Below, piece by piece: positions 24,003 to 34,906 of a stretch of DNA of 64,000 nucleotides. Made by a program: the position numbers and the translations under genes. The stretch comes from Scenedesmus sp. PABB004 (lineage: Eukaryota): the NCBI GenBank assembly GCA_014905635.1, contig JABVCE010000044.1:62001-126000 (forward strand), in the 5' to 3' direction. Every line of letters starts with the position of its first letter. The stretch's first letter is position 1. The notes beneath the pieces were generated by a model, which worked only from the letters and a program-made list of their open reading frames with translations, did not search any database and was not told the DNA's origin.

Positions 24003-25546
24003 GGGCGGCGCGCCGCCGCCGCCGCTGCCGGGCCTGCCCGGCGGCGGCGCGGGCGCGGGCGGCGCCGCGGCGGCGCTGCTGGGCGGGCCGCGCGCGGACG
24101 CGGACGTGGTGAGCCTGCTCATCGGCATCTACGGCGGCCCGCTGCGCTTTGTGGAGCAGTACCGCCGCATGCTCGCGGAGCGGCTGCTCGCCAAGGACGG
24201 CTACGACTGCGCGCGCGAGATCACGACGCTGGAGCTGCTCAAGATCCGGTGCGCGCGCCGCTCGCGGGCGGGCGAACGCGTGTGCGCGCGCGCGCGCCGG
24301 GGCCGCGCCGGGGGGCCGCGCGCCCCCACACCGCCGCCGCGCCGCGCGCAGCTTTGGCGACGCGGGGCTGCACCCGTGCGAGGTGATGCTCAAGGACCTG
24401 GCCGACTCAAAGCGCCTCGACGCCAACGTGCGCGCGCTGCCGGCGCTGCAGCAGCAGCAGGCGGCCGCGCCGGGCGGCGGGAGCGGGAGCGGGAGCGGGA
24501 GCGGGAGCGGCGGCGGCGCGCTGCCGCCGGGCGCCGCGGCGGCGCTCGCGCGGCTGCGCGCGACGGTCTGCTCCTACCTCTTCTGGCCGGAGCTGCCGGA
24601 GCACGCGCTGCGGCTGCCGCCCGACCTGCAGACGGCGCTCGCGGTGCGCGCGCGGGCGCGCGCGGGCACGCGCGCGCGGCCGCGACGCGCGCCGGTGCTG
24701 GGCGCTGACCGCCCTACGCGCGCCGCGCTCTGCGCGCCGCGCGCGCCGCAGGTGTACGCGGAGCGCTTCCGGCACCTCAAGGCGCCGCGCAAGCTGCGCT
24801 GGCGGCCGGCGCTGGGGCTGGTCGAGCTGAGCGTCACGCTCGGCGACGCGCCGCCGCTCGACTTTCGCGTCACGCCCGTGCACGCGGCGCTGCTGCTGCA
24901 GTTCAGCGAGGCCGGCGCGGCCGCGGCCGGCCCGCCCGCGAGCCGCGGCGCGGGCGAGCTCGCGGCCGCGCTGGGCGTGCCGGCGGCGGTCGTGCGGCGC
25001 GCGGCGCTCTTCTGGGTCGGCGCGGGCGTGCTGCTCGAGCGGCGCGGCCCCGGCGGCGAGGCGGCGTACGTGCGCGCCACGGCCATCGACCCCAGCCGCA
25101 TCGGTGAGCCGCAGGGGCCGCGCGCGCGCGGCGCCGGGGCCGGGACCGCGCCGCCGTGCGACCCCTCGCGCCGCCGCGACGGCCCCGCCGCGCCCCCGCG
25201 ACGGCCCCGCCGCACCGCGCGCGCGCGCCGCGCCGCAGTGAGCCGCGAGGCGGCCGACGCGTCGTGGGTCGACGACGGCGGCGGCGCGGTCAGCGCGGAG
25301 GACCGGCTGGTCGCGGAGATGGGGCCGTTTGAGAACTACGTCATCGGCCTGCTCACCAACGTCGGCCCGCTGCCGGTCGACCGGCTGCACAACATGCTGC
25401 GCGTGTTTGTGGTCGGCGAGCCGCGGTACGACGGCCGCACCCAGGAGCAGCTCGCCGCCTTCCTCGGCGTGCTCGCGGCGCGCGGCAAGGTCGCCGCGGC
25501 CAACGGCATCTACAGCCGCGTCGTCGAGGGCGGCGCGGCGGCGTGA
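21506..25546 (+). CDS. APC2: Anaphase-promoting complex subunit 2
   Basis: ERLLHAGAATSDII..YVSTIRAMRHVDPSG, EPIRAYLRRRPDTIRCIV, LIGIYGG..FVEQYRRMLAERLL, LELLKIRFGD..LH.CEVMLKDLADSKR, KAPRKLRWRPALG, and a C-terminal winged helix (YVIGLLTNVGPLPVDRLHNMLR). Confidence 0.95.
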
Positions 25547-26297
25547 GGCGGGCGGCGTGAGGCGGGCTGCCGCGGGCGGTAATCATCCGGCGCGGCGCAA
25601 GCAAAGCTCCCGCCAGCGCGCCGGCGGCGAGGGCGGCGATCATCGCGGCGCGCGGTCCAGACACTGCGGCGCTCGAGCAGCGTCCGGGGAGCGCTCCGGC
25701 GGCACCGTGGGGGCGCGGATCAGGCGCGGGGGCGCAGATCACCACCTGCGCGGCGGCGGTTGGTCGCTCCCGTGCCCCACAGGAGCCGCTGGCACCCGCG
25801 GCGCGCCTCCCTGCGCGGCAGTGACATTTCTGAGCGTGTTCGGTCGCCTCCATGCGCGGGCATTCGCGGCATTTATTCCGTGGAATAGCAGAAGCGGAGC
25901 GGTCGGTTTACCCGTTTTCAGCAAGGGTACCTAGACCTTTTTTCGGCATTGAGCAGTGCTGGCAGGGGTTGCGTCCTGCTGTCATCCGAGCGGAGGCAGG
26001 GGCCTGCGGATTGCCGCACGGCCATGCGGTCCAGGCGTGCGCGTTGAGGGCGTGCCTCCTCAGAGCCGGCGGTGCTGGCGGGCGCTTCCCTGACGGGGGG
26101 TGCACGCCAGCAGGCTGTCAGGGGCACCGCACCAGGCAGGTTGACTGAGCAGTGAACACCCTGCGCCGTTGGCGGCTGGGAGAACACACCGCCTGAGCGC
26201 ACGTCCTGGATTCAACACCCCATGTGCCGGTCGCGCGAGACCAGGCCCCACCAAAACCCTTTTGGGCGGCGACCGGGAGGCCTTCATGCTGCCGCTG

Positions 26298-26769
26298 CGC
26301 CGCCCCGCGTGCTGCTGCTGCTGCTGCTTCTTCGGCGGCAGCTGCAGCACGACCACCATGCGCGTCACGGGCCGGCCCTCGCACGCGACCTCGTGCGGCC
26401 AGCTGCTGCTGGGCCCAGCTGCGGGGCGCCGCGCCGGCGCCGGGCGCTGCCGCCGCCGCCGCAGCGCCGCTGCCGCCGCCGCTGCCGCCGCCGCGGCCGC
26501 GGCCACCGCCGCCGGCGGCCGGCGCCCTGACAAAGACAAAGACAAAGATAGTTACACCACAGGCTCGCGCCCATTGGTCCCGCGCCCCTTAAGGACGGTG
26601 TCCCGCATCTTCCAGATGTCCATCACATAATCTGCCACAAAGTGAACAGCAAGCTGATCCTGCAGTAGGTCACCAAGCAGATAGCGCCGCGCCTGCTCCA
26701 GTGCTCCAGTGCTCCAGTGCCCTGGCGGCTGCGGCCTTGGGCCGGGCCGGCAGCAGCGGGAAGCTGGGC
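26298..26769 (-). pseudogene. Inverted partial copy of the PIH1-gene last exon (source ~46171-46470), interrupted by an insertion
   Basis: Reverse complement matches the PIH1 exon, e.g. SSSWPHEVACEGRPVTRMVVVLQLPPKKQQQQQHAG and PSFPLLPARPKAAA. Confidence 0.85.
26530..26718 (-). mobile_element. 5'-truncated non-LTR retrotransposon (LINE-like) 3' end
   Basis: Low-GC 189-bp insert with ORF end LEQARRYLLGD...VADYVMDIWKMRDTVLKGRGTNGREPVV*, a (TCTTTG)3 tail, and flanking direct repeats GCCCTG (26524-26529, 26719-26724) within the PIH1 copy. Confidence 0.65.
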
Positions 26770-26784
26770 CTCGGCCGCGCTCAC

Positions 26785-27346
26785 GGCTGGCGGCGCCAGC
26801 CAAGCCTGGCGCGCCGCCGCGCTGCGGAGCCGCTGCTGCTGAGCACCGCGCGCGCCGCCAACCGCAGGGGCGCCGAGCTGATGCTGCCCGACCTGGCCTG
26901 GGCGTCGCAGGCAATGGGCCTGGCGCAGGACGCGCTCGCTGAGGGCCGCGTTGCGGTGCAGCGGGAGGACGCGCAGCAGCAGCAGCCTGGCGCGGCCGCG
27001 GTGACCTGGCGGCGCCTGCACGCGATGGGCCCGCGGCGCCTGCTCGAGCGCCAGGTGGCGCTGGGCTGCCTGCCCTCGCTGACGACGACGCAGTGGCCGC
27101 TCGACTATGCGGCCGACGCTGCGCTGGCGGGGCAGCTGCCGCTCGCTGCGCTGCCGGGCTTCAGCTCGCCGGGGCCCTTCCCGCTGCTGCTCAGCCAGCC
27201 GGCGCCGCCCGCGCTGGGCGGCGGCGTGCTGCTGCACCTGGTGGTGGACGCGGACGAGGCGGCGCCGCTGGCCGCCGCGCTGGCGGCGGCGGTGTGAGGC
27301 AACACAGGCAGCGCGGTTGCCCTCCATTCCTCTCTCAAGCGCGCTC

Positions 27347-27407
<61 letters not shown>
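26785..27407 (+). pseudogene. Inverted copy of the last intron/exon and (GCAG)n 3' region of the HXXXD acyltransferase gene (source ~40400-41050)
   Basis: Near-identical translation GAELMLPDLAWASQAMGLAQD...APLAAALAAAV* and the same (GCAG)n tract. Confidence 0.88.
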
Positions 27408-27590
27408 CCGCCTCCGCATTGGCCGCGCGGGCGGCCGCGCCCTCCCGTCGCCCAGCCACCACGCAGCCTCCCGCTCACTCGCGCGGCTGGCCGAGAACGC
27501 GGCGCTGCTGCAGGGGGAGCGCGCGGCGCGGCGCGCGGCGGCGCAGCGCGCGCTCGACGCGGCGCTGCTCGGCTTCCGTGCGCCGTGGGA

Positions 27591-27852
27591 GGCGCCTTGC
27601 GCATGGCGTGGCCGGGTGCAGCCGACATGCTCCGGGTGGGCGGGCGCCGCGAGGAATGCGGCGGCGGTCGCCGACGGCGCGGCTGCGCGCCCGCCGTTCG
27701 GTCTGACCGCCCTTGACCCCCAACACCCCGCGTGCCCCGGCCGACCGGCTGCCGTCCATGTGCGCGGGAGACGCCGGCAGTTGCCCACGGCCGCGCCGCA
27801 CGCCGTGCCCGCCCACGACTGCGGCGCCGGCGGGCGCATCAGCTGCCGCCGC
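27591..27852 (+). repeat. Direct copy of the IFT57/PIH1 intergenic region (source ~44855-45102)
   Basis: GCGCCTTGCGCATGGCGTGGCCGGGTGCAGCCGACATG...GGCGCATCAGCTGC is present at both sites. Confidence 0.88.
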
Positions 27853-27854
27853 TG

Positions 27855-28965
27855 ATCCCCCGGCCCACACGCGCGCGCCCGCGCGTCTGGCGAGCCCATT
27901 GGCGCCCAGGCGGGCCGGATCCAGGGCGCCCCAGCGCCCGCCGGCGCCGCAGCAGCGGCGGGCGGGCGCCAGCATGGCAGCGGCTCGCGGGCGCGTCGAG
28001 GCCCGGCCCGGCGACGCCATGGACGAGGCGCCGGACTCCCCAGCCCTCCCCCACCAGCGCCGGGCGGCCCCCGGCGCCGCGGCGGCCGGCGACGCGGCGC
28101 AGCAGCGCGCCGGCGCGCCGGCGGGCGCAGGGCGCCTGGGAGGCGGCCGCGGCGGTGCTCGCGCCGGGCGCACGCCCCCGCCCGCAGCCCCCGGCAGCGC
28201 GGGCGAGCCGGGGGCGCCGCAGAAGAAGAAGCGGCAGCGCGCGCCCGGCGGCGGCGCCGGCCGGCCGGCCAAGCGCGCGCGCGCGCTGCACGAGCTGGCC
28301 GTGGAGAGCATGGAGGGGCTGGGCGGCGAGGAGGAGGAGCAGGAGCAGCAGGAGGAGGAGGCTGAGGCGGAGGAGCTGGCCGGCGCGGACGGCGGCGACG
28401 AGGCGCGGGTGCGAGCGGCGCGCGTGCTGCCCGCGCGCGGCTGCGCTCTGCCCCCGCCGCTGCCGCCCAGGAGGCTGCTCCTCAACCCGGTGTCGGGTTG
28501 AGCGCGCCCGCCGCGGGTTGAGCGCGCCGCGCGCACCCCGGCCTCGCCGCCGCCGTCCAGCTCCTCCTTCTCCGTCTCCGCCCCCGCCTCGGCCTGATCC
28601 TGTCTCTCCTCCTCGCCCAGCCCCTCGAGGCTCTCCCCGGCGACGCGCGGTGCCCGCGCCACGCGCTTGGCCGGCCGGCCGCTGCCGCCGCGCTGCTGCG
28701 CCCCCGCGCTGCCGGCGTCGCCGGCCGCCGCGGCGTCGGGGGCTGCCAGGCGCTGGTGGGGGAGGGCTGGGGAGTCCGGCGCCTCGGCCATGGCGTCGCT
28801 GGGCCGGGCCGCGCCGCGCCGGCGGGCCGCCGCGATGCTGGCGCCCGCCCGCCGCTGCTGCGGCGCCGGCGGACGCTGGGGCGCCCTGGATCCGGTCCGA
28901 GAGCGCGCGGCTGGGCGCGGCCAGACGCGTGGGCTGGCGCGAGTGGGCTGCGTGGGCGGCGGCTG
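27855..28965. repeat. Long imperfect inverted repeat (fold-back) with two convergent paralogous ORFs
   Basis: 27915-28095 pairs with 28715-28895; + ORF MDEAPDSPALPHQRR (28019-28501) versus - ORF MAEAPDSPALPHQRL (starting at 28791). Confidence 0.85.
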
Positions 28966-29201
28966 CGGGCAGCGCGGTGTTCGCCCGGGCGCAGCAGAGG
29001 CGGCGGCTCTCTCTCGCGCGCAGGCGTCCGCCGTCAGCGCAGCTGCGGTGTGGACCCGCCTGGGCCCGCACACCCGAGCACACAGGATCGCTGGCACCAG
29101 GCGCAGGGTTCAGGGCGGCGCCGTTGCAGACATCGTGCGGGCGCTTTGCTCAATTGCCAAAACCACCGCCAACCGCCGCCCGCGCGATCGCCCGGGCAGC
29201 C

Positions 29202-30786
29202 TCACCACGCGCCCCACGCGCGCTGCAGCGCTGCCGCCGCCGCCGCGGCGCACTCCTCCTCCAGCGATGCCTGCAGCCGGTCCGCCAGCTGCGCGCTCGC
29301 GTCCAGCGCCGCCAGGCCGCACGCCGTGGTTCTGCACGCTGCCACCGAGCCGCCGCCGCTGCAGAGCGCTGCCGCGAGGGCCCGGCGGAGCTCCGCGCGG
29401 TCACCGCGGCGCGTGGCCGCACGCGCCTGGAGCTCGCCCGCCAGCTGCTGCAGCGCGCCGAGCTGCTGCTGCCGCGCGGCCGAGAGGCCCAGCGCTGCCG
29501 CGCGGGGACCGGCCAAGCGGCACACAAGAGCCAGCAGCTGCTGGCGCAGCAGGCGCTGGCGCGGCGCCGGCGACGCGGCAGTGTGCAGCGGTGCCAGCTG
29601 CGCCGCGGGCCCGCGCTCGACGCCGGCGCGCTTTGCAGCCGGCGCCTCCAGCGACAGGCTTGCGCTCAGCAGCGCGGCCAGGCACTCGCTGCCGCCGCCG
29701 CCGCCGCCGCCGCCGCCGGCATGGCGCGGGCGCTTGGCGCCCGTCGCGGCGTCGGCGAGCGGCAGCGCGGCCACGGCAGCAAAGGGGTCGTCGCGAGGCT
29801 GCGCGGCGCCGGGCCGCCGCCCCAGCTCCTCCTCGCGCGGCGGCGCCAGCAGCCGCTCCAGCTCCGCCAGCAGTGCGGCCAGCTCGCGCGCCAGCCCTGC
29901 ATCAGCGGCGCGCTCCCCCATGCAGGCAGCCTGCAGCGCGCCGAGCCGCGGCAGCGATGCGTCGAGGTCGGCCGACGCCCGCGCCCAGCGCGCCGCGAGC
30001 TCCTCCTGCGCGGCCTCCAGGAGCGCCGCCTGCGACGCGAGCGCCTGCAGCGGCGGCGGCGGGGGCGGCGGCCGGCCGCGCGTCACGCCAGCGCGCTGCC
30101 AGGGCCGCGCGAGCGGCTGCTGCGGGGGTGGAGGGCGTCGCCCAGGCATGCTGGCAGCGGCGGCTCGCCCGTACACGCACCTCGCGCTCCGCCTCCAGCC
30201 CGGCGAGGCGCAGGCGGTTGCGCGTACTGGAGTGCAGCTTGCCCTTCTTGGCCACGCCGCCCGCGGGCGCCACGCGGCGGGCCGGCAGCTGCGACGGCGG
30301 CGCGCGACTGCGCCGCGCGGGCGTGGGCGCGGGCACGGGCGGTGGTGCCACGGCGGCTGGCTCCGCAGTCGCCGCGAGCTGCTGCGGCCGCACGCCCGCA
30401 AACGGGCTCGGCACCGCCGGCCGCGCTTGTGGACCGGCCGCAGCCGCGCCAGCCGCCGCAGCCGCGCCGCCGCGGCGCCGCAGGTCGTCCAGGCACGCCG
30501 CCAGGTCACGGTTGGCCAGGGCCAGGGCCAGGCCGCCGCCCGGGCAGGCCATGCCCCACCACTCCGGCTGCTGGCCAGGCGCCGCAGCCAGCAGCGCCGA
30601 GGGCAGCTGCTGCCCGCACGGCTGAGTGTCGGCTCTCGCCCGCTGTGGCGCTGTGGCTCGGTGCAGCTCCCACAGCTGCGGCGGCTCCAGCACGTGCCCA
30701 GGCGCGCCGCCCGGGAGGGGCGAGCATGGCGCGTGCGCGCCAGCGCCGCCCAGCGCGCCCGCCAGGCGCTGCGCGGCGGTCCGCAT
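29202..30786 (-). CDS. Hypothetical coiled-coil protein (at least 2 exons; start uncertain)
   Basis: Exon ending ...KKGKLHSSTRNRLRLAGLEAERE, a GT-AG intron (~30181-30047), then Leu/Glu/Ala heptad-like segments (ALLEAAQEELAARW, ELAALLAELERLL). Confidence 0.5.
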
Positions 30787-31169
30787 GCCGGGCGCCCGTG
30801 TCGAGCGTCAACGCGCGGGCGTGAGCGGTGCGGCGTGGAGAACGTTGGTCCCGATCCCGACGTGCGTGAGTTGCTTTGCAGGGGGCGGCAGGCGCCCGCC
30901 GTGCGGTGCGTGCTGCGCGACGGGTGTGTGACAGCTCGGCGGTGAGGCGCGGCGTCGCGCGGTGTGTGCGGCGGCGCGGCGGCGGCGCCCCGGAAGCAGA
31001 CGGGCCGCGCGGTTTGGGCCGAGCGCGCGCACAGTGCCCAGGCTCCCACCTCTCGCCCGCAGCGACCCTGATCTCTCCGCGGCGATCCGTGACGCTTTTG
31101 CCGCAGCGCGACGGGCGCGCGCGGGTACGAAGCAGCGGCGCTCGCTGGCCGCCGGCGCCGGCTGGCAGC

Positions 31170-33355
31170 ATGATGGCGGGCTTGGTGATCCCCGGCAGCG
31201 ACGACCCGACGCTGGTGGAGGTGTCCTGCCGCCTGGGTGCGGCGCGGCCGCCTGGGAGCGGCGCGGCGCGGTTGATCAGCGCCGCCTGCTTGCACTGAGC
31301 GCCCGCCCCGCCCCCCGCCTGGCGCAGTGGGGCGAAAGGACGCCGCCAAGACCGGCTGCGCGGTGGGCAGCCGCGCGGGGAGCGGGCCGCCGCGCGCCTG
31401 CCACCGCGTGCGGCGCCTTCAGACGTTGCCGCCGCTGCTGCCCCCCCGCAGAAGGGCCTCGCGCTGCCGGCGGTGGAGCTGGACCTGGGCGCGGTGCGGC
31501 AGGCCCTGGCGCAGCACGTGCCGATGGTGGAGGTGGCGGCGCCGTCGGCCAACGGTGCGCCCGCCGCGCGAGGTGCCCGCGAGGTGCCCGGGCGGCTCGC
31601 GCGCGCCCGGTCGCCGCCCGGCTCACGCCGCGGCGGCGCGGCCACGCGCACGCGCGCAGGCGTGGCGGTGAAGGAGGCCGGCAAGCGCGGCCCGCAGTCA
31701 GCTGCGGCGCTCGGCGGGGCCCGCGGCAGCAGCACGGCGCTGCAGCTGCTGGCGGCGGGCGCGCGGCTCGCGCTGAGCAGGTGGGGCGCGGGCCGCGCGG
31801 CGCGGCGGGCAGCTCTGCCACGCGGCGCGCCGTTCACCGGCGCCACCCGCGCAGGCTGGGGCTCCCGGGGCTGGGCCCCGCGCCCGACCCGCGCCCGCCG
31901 CGGCTGCTGGCGTGGCACTGCACCAAGCAGCTGCTCGCGGTCGGCCACGCCGCCAGCGGGGCCGTGCTGCTGTACGACGTCGGCGCCGCGGCGGGCGGCG
32001 CCGCCGGCGACGGCCGCGACGTGCTCGGCGCGGCGCAGCAGGTGCTCTGCCACCAGCTGCAGGCGCGGCTGGGCTGCCTCGCGTGGCGGCCCGTGCACGT
32101 CAGCATGCTCGCGGTCGGGTGCGAGGGCGGCGTGGCGCTGTGGAGCCTGGGCAAGCTGCCTGGCCTGGCGGCGGCGGCCAACGTCGCGCACCGCGGCCGC
32201 GACGCCGGCGACGGCCAGGGCGGCGCCGGCCAGGGCGGCTGGGTGTGCTGCCTGCCGTTCAAGCCGGGCTGCAGGTGGGCGCGGCGGCCGCGGCGGCGGC
32301 TGCGCGGCTCGCCCCAGCCCGCGCAGCGCGCGCGCAGGCGTCGCTGACGCGCCGCCGCCGGCCGCGCGTTCGCGGGTGCCCTGCCCCTGCTGCCCGCCAC
32401 AGGGTGACGAGCCTGAGCTGGAGCCCCGACGGCCGCCTGCTCGCGGGCAGCAGCGCCGACTGCAACCGCCTCATGGTCTGGGACGTCGCGCTCGGCGTCG
32501 GCGCGACGCTGCGGCTGGGGCTCGAGCCCGTGAACGTGCTGGAGTGGTCGCCGGACGGCTGCTACCTCTTTGCGGGTGCGGCGGCCGCTGGCGCGAGCGG
32601 GCAGGCGCGCGTGCGCGGGCCGCCGCCGCGCGCCGCTGCCTTGCCGTCCGGGTCCAGCCTGACCCTTCCCGCGCCCCGGCCCCGCCCCGGCCCCCGCGAC
32701 AGCTGCGCGGCGGGGGCGCTTCTTCCTGTATGAGACCACCACCTGGTCGGTGCGCGCGTGGGACACGCCGCCGGGCGCCGCCGTCACGGCCGCCGCGTGG
32801 GCGCCCGGCGGCCGCGTCGTGCTGCTCGCGCTCGCCGGCGCGGCGCACCTCGTCGCGCTGCACCTCGTCGGCGCGCCGCCGAGCTTGAGCGAGCAGCTGC
32901 TCCCGGTCAGCCTGCCGGGCGTGTCGGACGCCGAGGCGGCAGCGTGAGCGCGGGCCGCGCGGGCGCGCCGGGGGCGCGAGCCATAGCGCCGCGCCCCGCC
33001 CTCACGCCCGCGCGCACGCCGCCCGTCCGTCCGCAGGGGCGCGCCCGGCCGCGGCTGCATCGCGGGGCTGGCGTGGGACGCGAGCGGCAGCCGGCTCGCC
33101 GTCGCGCTCGGCGCGCCGCACCCCGCCGCCGGCTGCGCCGCGCTGTTTGCCACGAGCCTCTCGCCCGTCGTCGCCGCGACGCTCGTCGGCTTCGTGCAGC
33201 CGGGCGGCGCCGCGCCGCCGGGCGGCGGCGCGCCCGCGGCGCAGCTCGCATTCGCGCCCGCGCCCGGCCGCGCGGGCGCGGTGCTCGCGCTCGGCCGCAC
33301 CGACGCCGCCGGCGCGCTCGGCGGGCGCGTGCGCTGCGTGCCCATGTACTTCTGA
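31170..33355 (+). CDS. AAAS: Aladin (WD40 nucleoporin)
   Basis: LAWH, CLAWRP..SMLAVGCEGGVALW, VTSLSWSPDGRLLA, WDVALGVGATLRLGL..V.VLEWSPDGCYLFA, YETTTW, IAGLAWDASGSRLAV, ending VPMYF*. Confidence 0.85.
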
Positions 33356-33616
33356 GTGTCGGCGGCTGGGCGAGAGCGAGAGGAGAGGACGGCGCGGTCG
33401 GCGGGCGCCGGCGGCTGAGCCGCCGCCGGCCGTAACGCGCCGCCGCATCGGCCGGCACGGGCCCTCCGCCGGCGCGCGCGGGCGCCCCACAGCGCCGTGC
33501 AGTCGCGCCGCCCCTCCCCTCCCTCCCCCCGCCTCCCCGGCCGCTCAGCCGCCCGCGCATCGCCTGCGCCGCCCGCCGCGCCTCCGGGGTCGTGATCAGC
33601 CTGTGAGCTCGCCACC

Positions 33617-34413
33617 ATGAGCGAGGCTGTGAACCCGAAGGCGTACCCGCTGGCGGACGCGACGCTCACGAACACCATCATGGACATCGTGCAGCAGGCG
33701 GCCAACTACAAGCAGCTCAAGAAGGGCGCCAACGAGGCCACCAAGACGCTGAACCGCGGCATCAGCGAGTTCGTGGTCATGGCGGCCGACACGGAGCCCA
33801 TCGAGATCCTGCTGCACCTCCCGCTGCTCGCGGAGGACAAGAACGTGCCCTACGTCTTCGTGAGTGCCCCGCGCGCCCCGCGCCACGGCGCGAAACGCCG
33901 TCCGCGCAGCGGGGCGCACCTGGGGCCGCCCGTGGCGGCGCCGCGGCGCGCGGCAGCCGCTGCGCGCGGGGCGGCTGCGCGCCGGCAGCGGTGGCAGCAG
34001 CGGCGCGCCGCCGGCCCCGCAGCGGCAGCTGCAGCGGCAGCGGCAGCAGCAGGAGGGTGTGCAGCAGCGGCGGCAGCAGCGGCGGCAGCAGCAGCGGTGG
34101 CAACGGTGGCAGCAGGGGCAGCAGCGACAGCAGCGGCAGGAGCGGCAACAGCAGCGGCAGCGGCAGCGGCAGCGGCAGCGGCAGCGGCAGCAGGGGGAGC
34201 GAGCTGGCACAGCGCTGCATCGCCGCCCGCCGCCCTGACCGCGCGCTCCTCCCCCGCCGCCGCCGCGCGCAGGTGCCCTCCAAGGCGGCGCTGGGGCGCG
34301 CGTGCGGCGTGAGCCGCCCCGTGATCGCCGCGTCGGTGACGACCAACGAGGGCAGCCAGCTGAAGAGCCAGATTCAGAGCCTGAAAGACGCGATCGAGAA
34401 GCTGCTCATTTAG
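33617..34413 (+). CDS. SNU13: SNU13/NHP2L1 (15.5K, L7Ae family)
   Basis: [14 protein letters not shown]...[16 protein letters not shown]...[11 protein letters not shown], intron, then [19 protein letters not shown]...AIEKLLI*. Confidence 0.98.
34010..34192. repeat. Degenerate (CAG/CGG) repeat in the SNU13 intron
   Basis: Directly visible in the sequence. Confidence 0.85.
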
Positions 34414-34906
34414 TCGGGGTCGGGCGCACGCGCGGCGCCCGCGAGCGCAGCTGGCGCCGCGCGCCGCGCGGCCGACCCCGCGGCGCAGGGGGCTGCACGG
34501 CGCCGCCGCGGCGCCCCTGGACGTGCGGCCTTGTGCTGCGTGCATGGCTGCGGGCATCGGATGGCCGGCGCCGGTAACAGGCGACGCCGGCGCTCGGCAC
34601 AGCCCAGCGCCGCCGCGCCCGACCGCGGTGACGCCGCGCTGCAGAGCCCGGGCAGCAGGCAGAGCCCGCCCCCACCGCCCCGGACGCGATCCCACCGCGC
34701 TGAGGCGCGCCCGCGGCGGACGCCGCCGCCCGGTGCGGCGGGCCGTCGCCGGCAGCGCGTTCGCGCGGCTGCGGTTGCGGTGCAGGGCCCGGCACCCCAC
34801 CCCAGTGCCGGTGCCCGATCGGTCCACTCTCCAGCCACACTCCTCTGCGCACGGCGGGACGTCAGCGCCCGCCAACCGCCGCCGCGGGGCCAGCGCTGCT
34901 CGCGCA

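Noticed and set aside
4735..25546. RING E3, cyclin and APC2 as a cell-cycle gene cluster
   Set aside because: They are separated by an unrelated gene, and chance proximity in a gene-dense genome is sufficient.
26701..27297. 198-aa ORF as an independent gene
   Set aside because: It is a chimera of the insertion junction, antisense PIH1 sequence, intron and a copied last exon, and it lacks the HXXXD domain.
27732..30945. Very long Arg/Ala/Pro-rich ORFs (1030, 729, 652 aa) and similar ORFs throughout the window
   Set aside because: Stop codons are rare at this GC content. These are shadow or antisense frames, or exon-intron read-throughs, with no protein-like composition.
33356..33616. Aladin-SNU13 as a bicistronic pair
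   Set aside because: The 261-nt spacer contains a candidate 3' signal (CGTAAC) and room for a promoter; there is no positive evidence.
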